The notes beneath the pieces are model-generated. The model was given only the letters and a program-made list of their open reading frames with translations. It had not been told where the DNA came from and did not search any database. A stretch of 64,000 nucleotides of DNA from Nageia nagi (Eukaryota; Plantae; Pinophyta), in NCBI GenBank assembly GCA_050084985.1, contig JBITNC010000001.1:80786001-80850000 (forward strand), in the 5' to 3' direction. Position 1 is the first letter of the stretch; the number at the start of each line of letters is the position of its first letter. Both the position numbers and the translations under genes were made by a program. Positions 62,784 to 64,000 of the stretch are shown in pieces.

Positions 62784-63649
62784 TGTAATCTACCTTTCTA
62801 GGTTTTATCCAAATTAGCATTCAATTCCACTTTAATCCATGAACTAGGCATCAATAAACATGCTCATAAATCATCCAAAACATGCGCTCAAACTGGAATA
62901 TAACAGCAGTAACCCAAACTAATATAAAGCTCTTACATCATGCAAGTATGACCAAAAGTAGGGCACAAATCAGATCTATTACATAACAGAAATATAGCTC
63001 CAAAGTTCTCAATTCACATTCATTCTCATGCACAATGAAGATAGAAGCATAGCAAAAATATGTAGCAACATTCATTCACATTCAAGATGCAATATGAGAG
63101 CCAATATCATCAATAATCAACCAAGAATCAGTATATGGCTGTAACAAGCCTGTAACAAGTTCTAGGGCAAAGCTTAAGACTCCAAAATGCTCAAAGTAGA
63201 CTCCTCAAGGCTGGGGCAAGTCTCAAGGCAGTTTCCAAACTTGGCGCAAGTCTCAAGATGGCTCCTAATGGCGGTCGCAAGCTCCCAAATGGCAAGATAG
63301 GTAGGCACAAGCTCTCCAAGAGGTGTAGAAGTGTAGATGAGCCACTTTTAGGCTAGGGAGCAGCCCTAAGCCCTAGAAGGTAGAGAAGGGAAGCATCCCT
63401 AAGCTCCGAATGATCCAAGATCGAATGCACAAGATAATTTTCTCAAATGACCAAATGTCTTGCCTTTATAGCATTCCAAACTTGTTAATATGTCTTCCCA
63501 TGATGGCCGACCAAGGAGGGAGTAATAATAAAATATTAAATGTCTTAAAGCCTCCTCATCATGGCCGACTTGGACGTGGGGCACTATAACATTAAATAGC
63601 CCTCAAATTAATACATAATTTGCCCATTATTGAGCATTGCCTTTGAGGC

Positions 63650-63689
<40 letters not shown>

Positions 63690-63782
63690 TGAAAAATAAA
63701 ATACTTCTAAGCTAAGTGCTAGAGATCTCAATGAATAGGTATGAGGGGAGTCATCTAGATGTCCCAAATTGGGGACATTACA
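62784..63782 (-). mobile_element. Probable solo LTR (~1 kb)
   Basis: TGTAAT...GGGGACATTACA inverted termini; flanks TCATG/ACATG (one mismatch); no coding remnants. Confidence 0.6.
63652..63685. repeat. (AT)n microsatellite
   Basis: About 16-17 AT units. Confidence 0.95.
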
Positions 63783-64000
63783 ACATGGTGATTGGTGAAC
63801 ATTGAAAACCACTGCCAATGTCAAACACAATGTTGTTGGTGTTGATGAAAAGTCTATATTGTTTGTGGACATTGCTAAGGATGATGAATGTTGAAACCCA
63901 TAGTTGTTGTCATTAGTCTTAAGCTATGTTCCACGAAGTTTTTGGGATAGGGATGGCAGGGGACACGTTTCCGAGAAGGGGACAACTTGGGTCGGATTTT

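Noticed and set aside
62093-64000. Further polymerase exons (e.g. within ORF 62545-62733) or UBM/PIP motifs
   Set aside because: No convincing splice sites combined with conserved sequence.

Overview
Eukaryotic plant genomic DNA, AT-rich and TE-dense, probably from a gymnosperm. That assignment is an inference from the >20 kb introns and a Tat-type Gypsy with PROT-aRH-RT-RH-INT domain order. Almost the whole window is the interior of one + strand host gene. Eight exons (2735-2817, 26270-26371, 26540-26921, 36712-36816, 36924-37024, 37225-37363, 61255-61367, 61710-62092) have GT-AG boundaries and compatible phases, and splice into an open 1408-nt frame. The protein is a Y-family translesion polymerase with DNA polymerase iota signatures (KFLVVTCNY, CPDIVLINGEDLTPYR, SGLDE, GPPKSISVEDSF), a subfamily generally considered absent from model flowering plants. 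Its first exon(s) lie upstream of the window, and no later exon was recognised. The three big introns (about 23.5, 9.8 and 23.9 kb) hold nested Gypsy, Copia, hAT and L1 remnants. The most unusual TE structure is a family of giant LTR-like units (3026-8949, ~13121-16713, ~39600-46057). They share a TGTTGTG-N4-7-CACAACA terminal hairpin and arrays of ~50-57 bp interspaced palindromes. Two of them also carry a ~1000-codon non-gag/pol ORF between two TATA boxes. All calls come from reading the sequence by eye; no searches were run.
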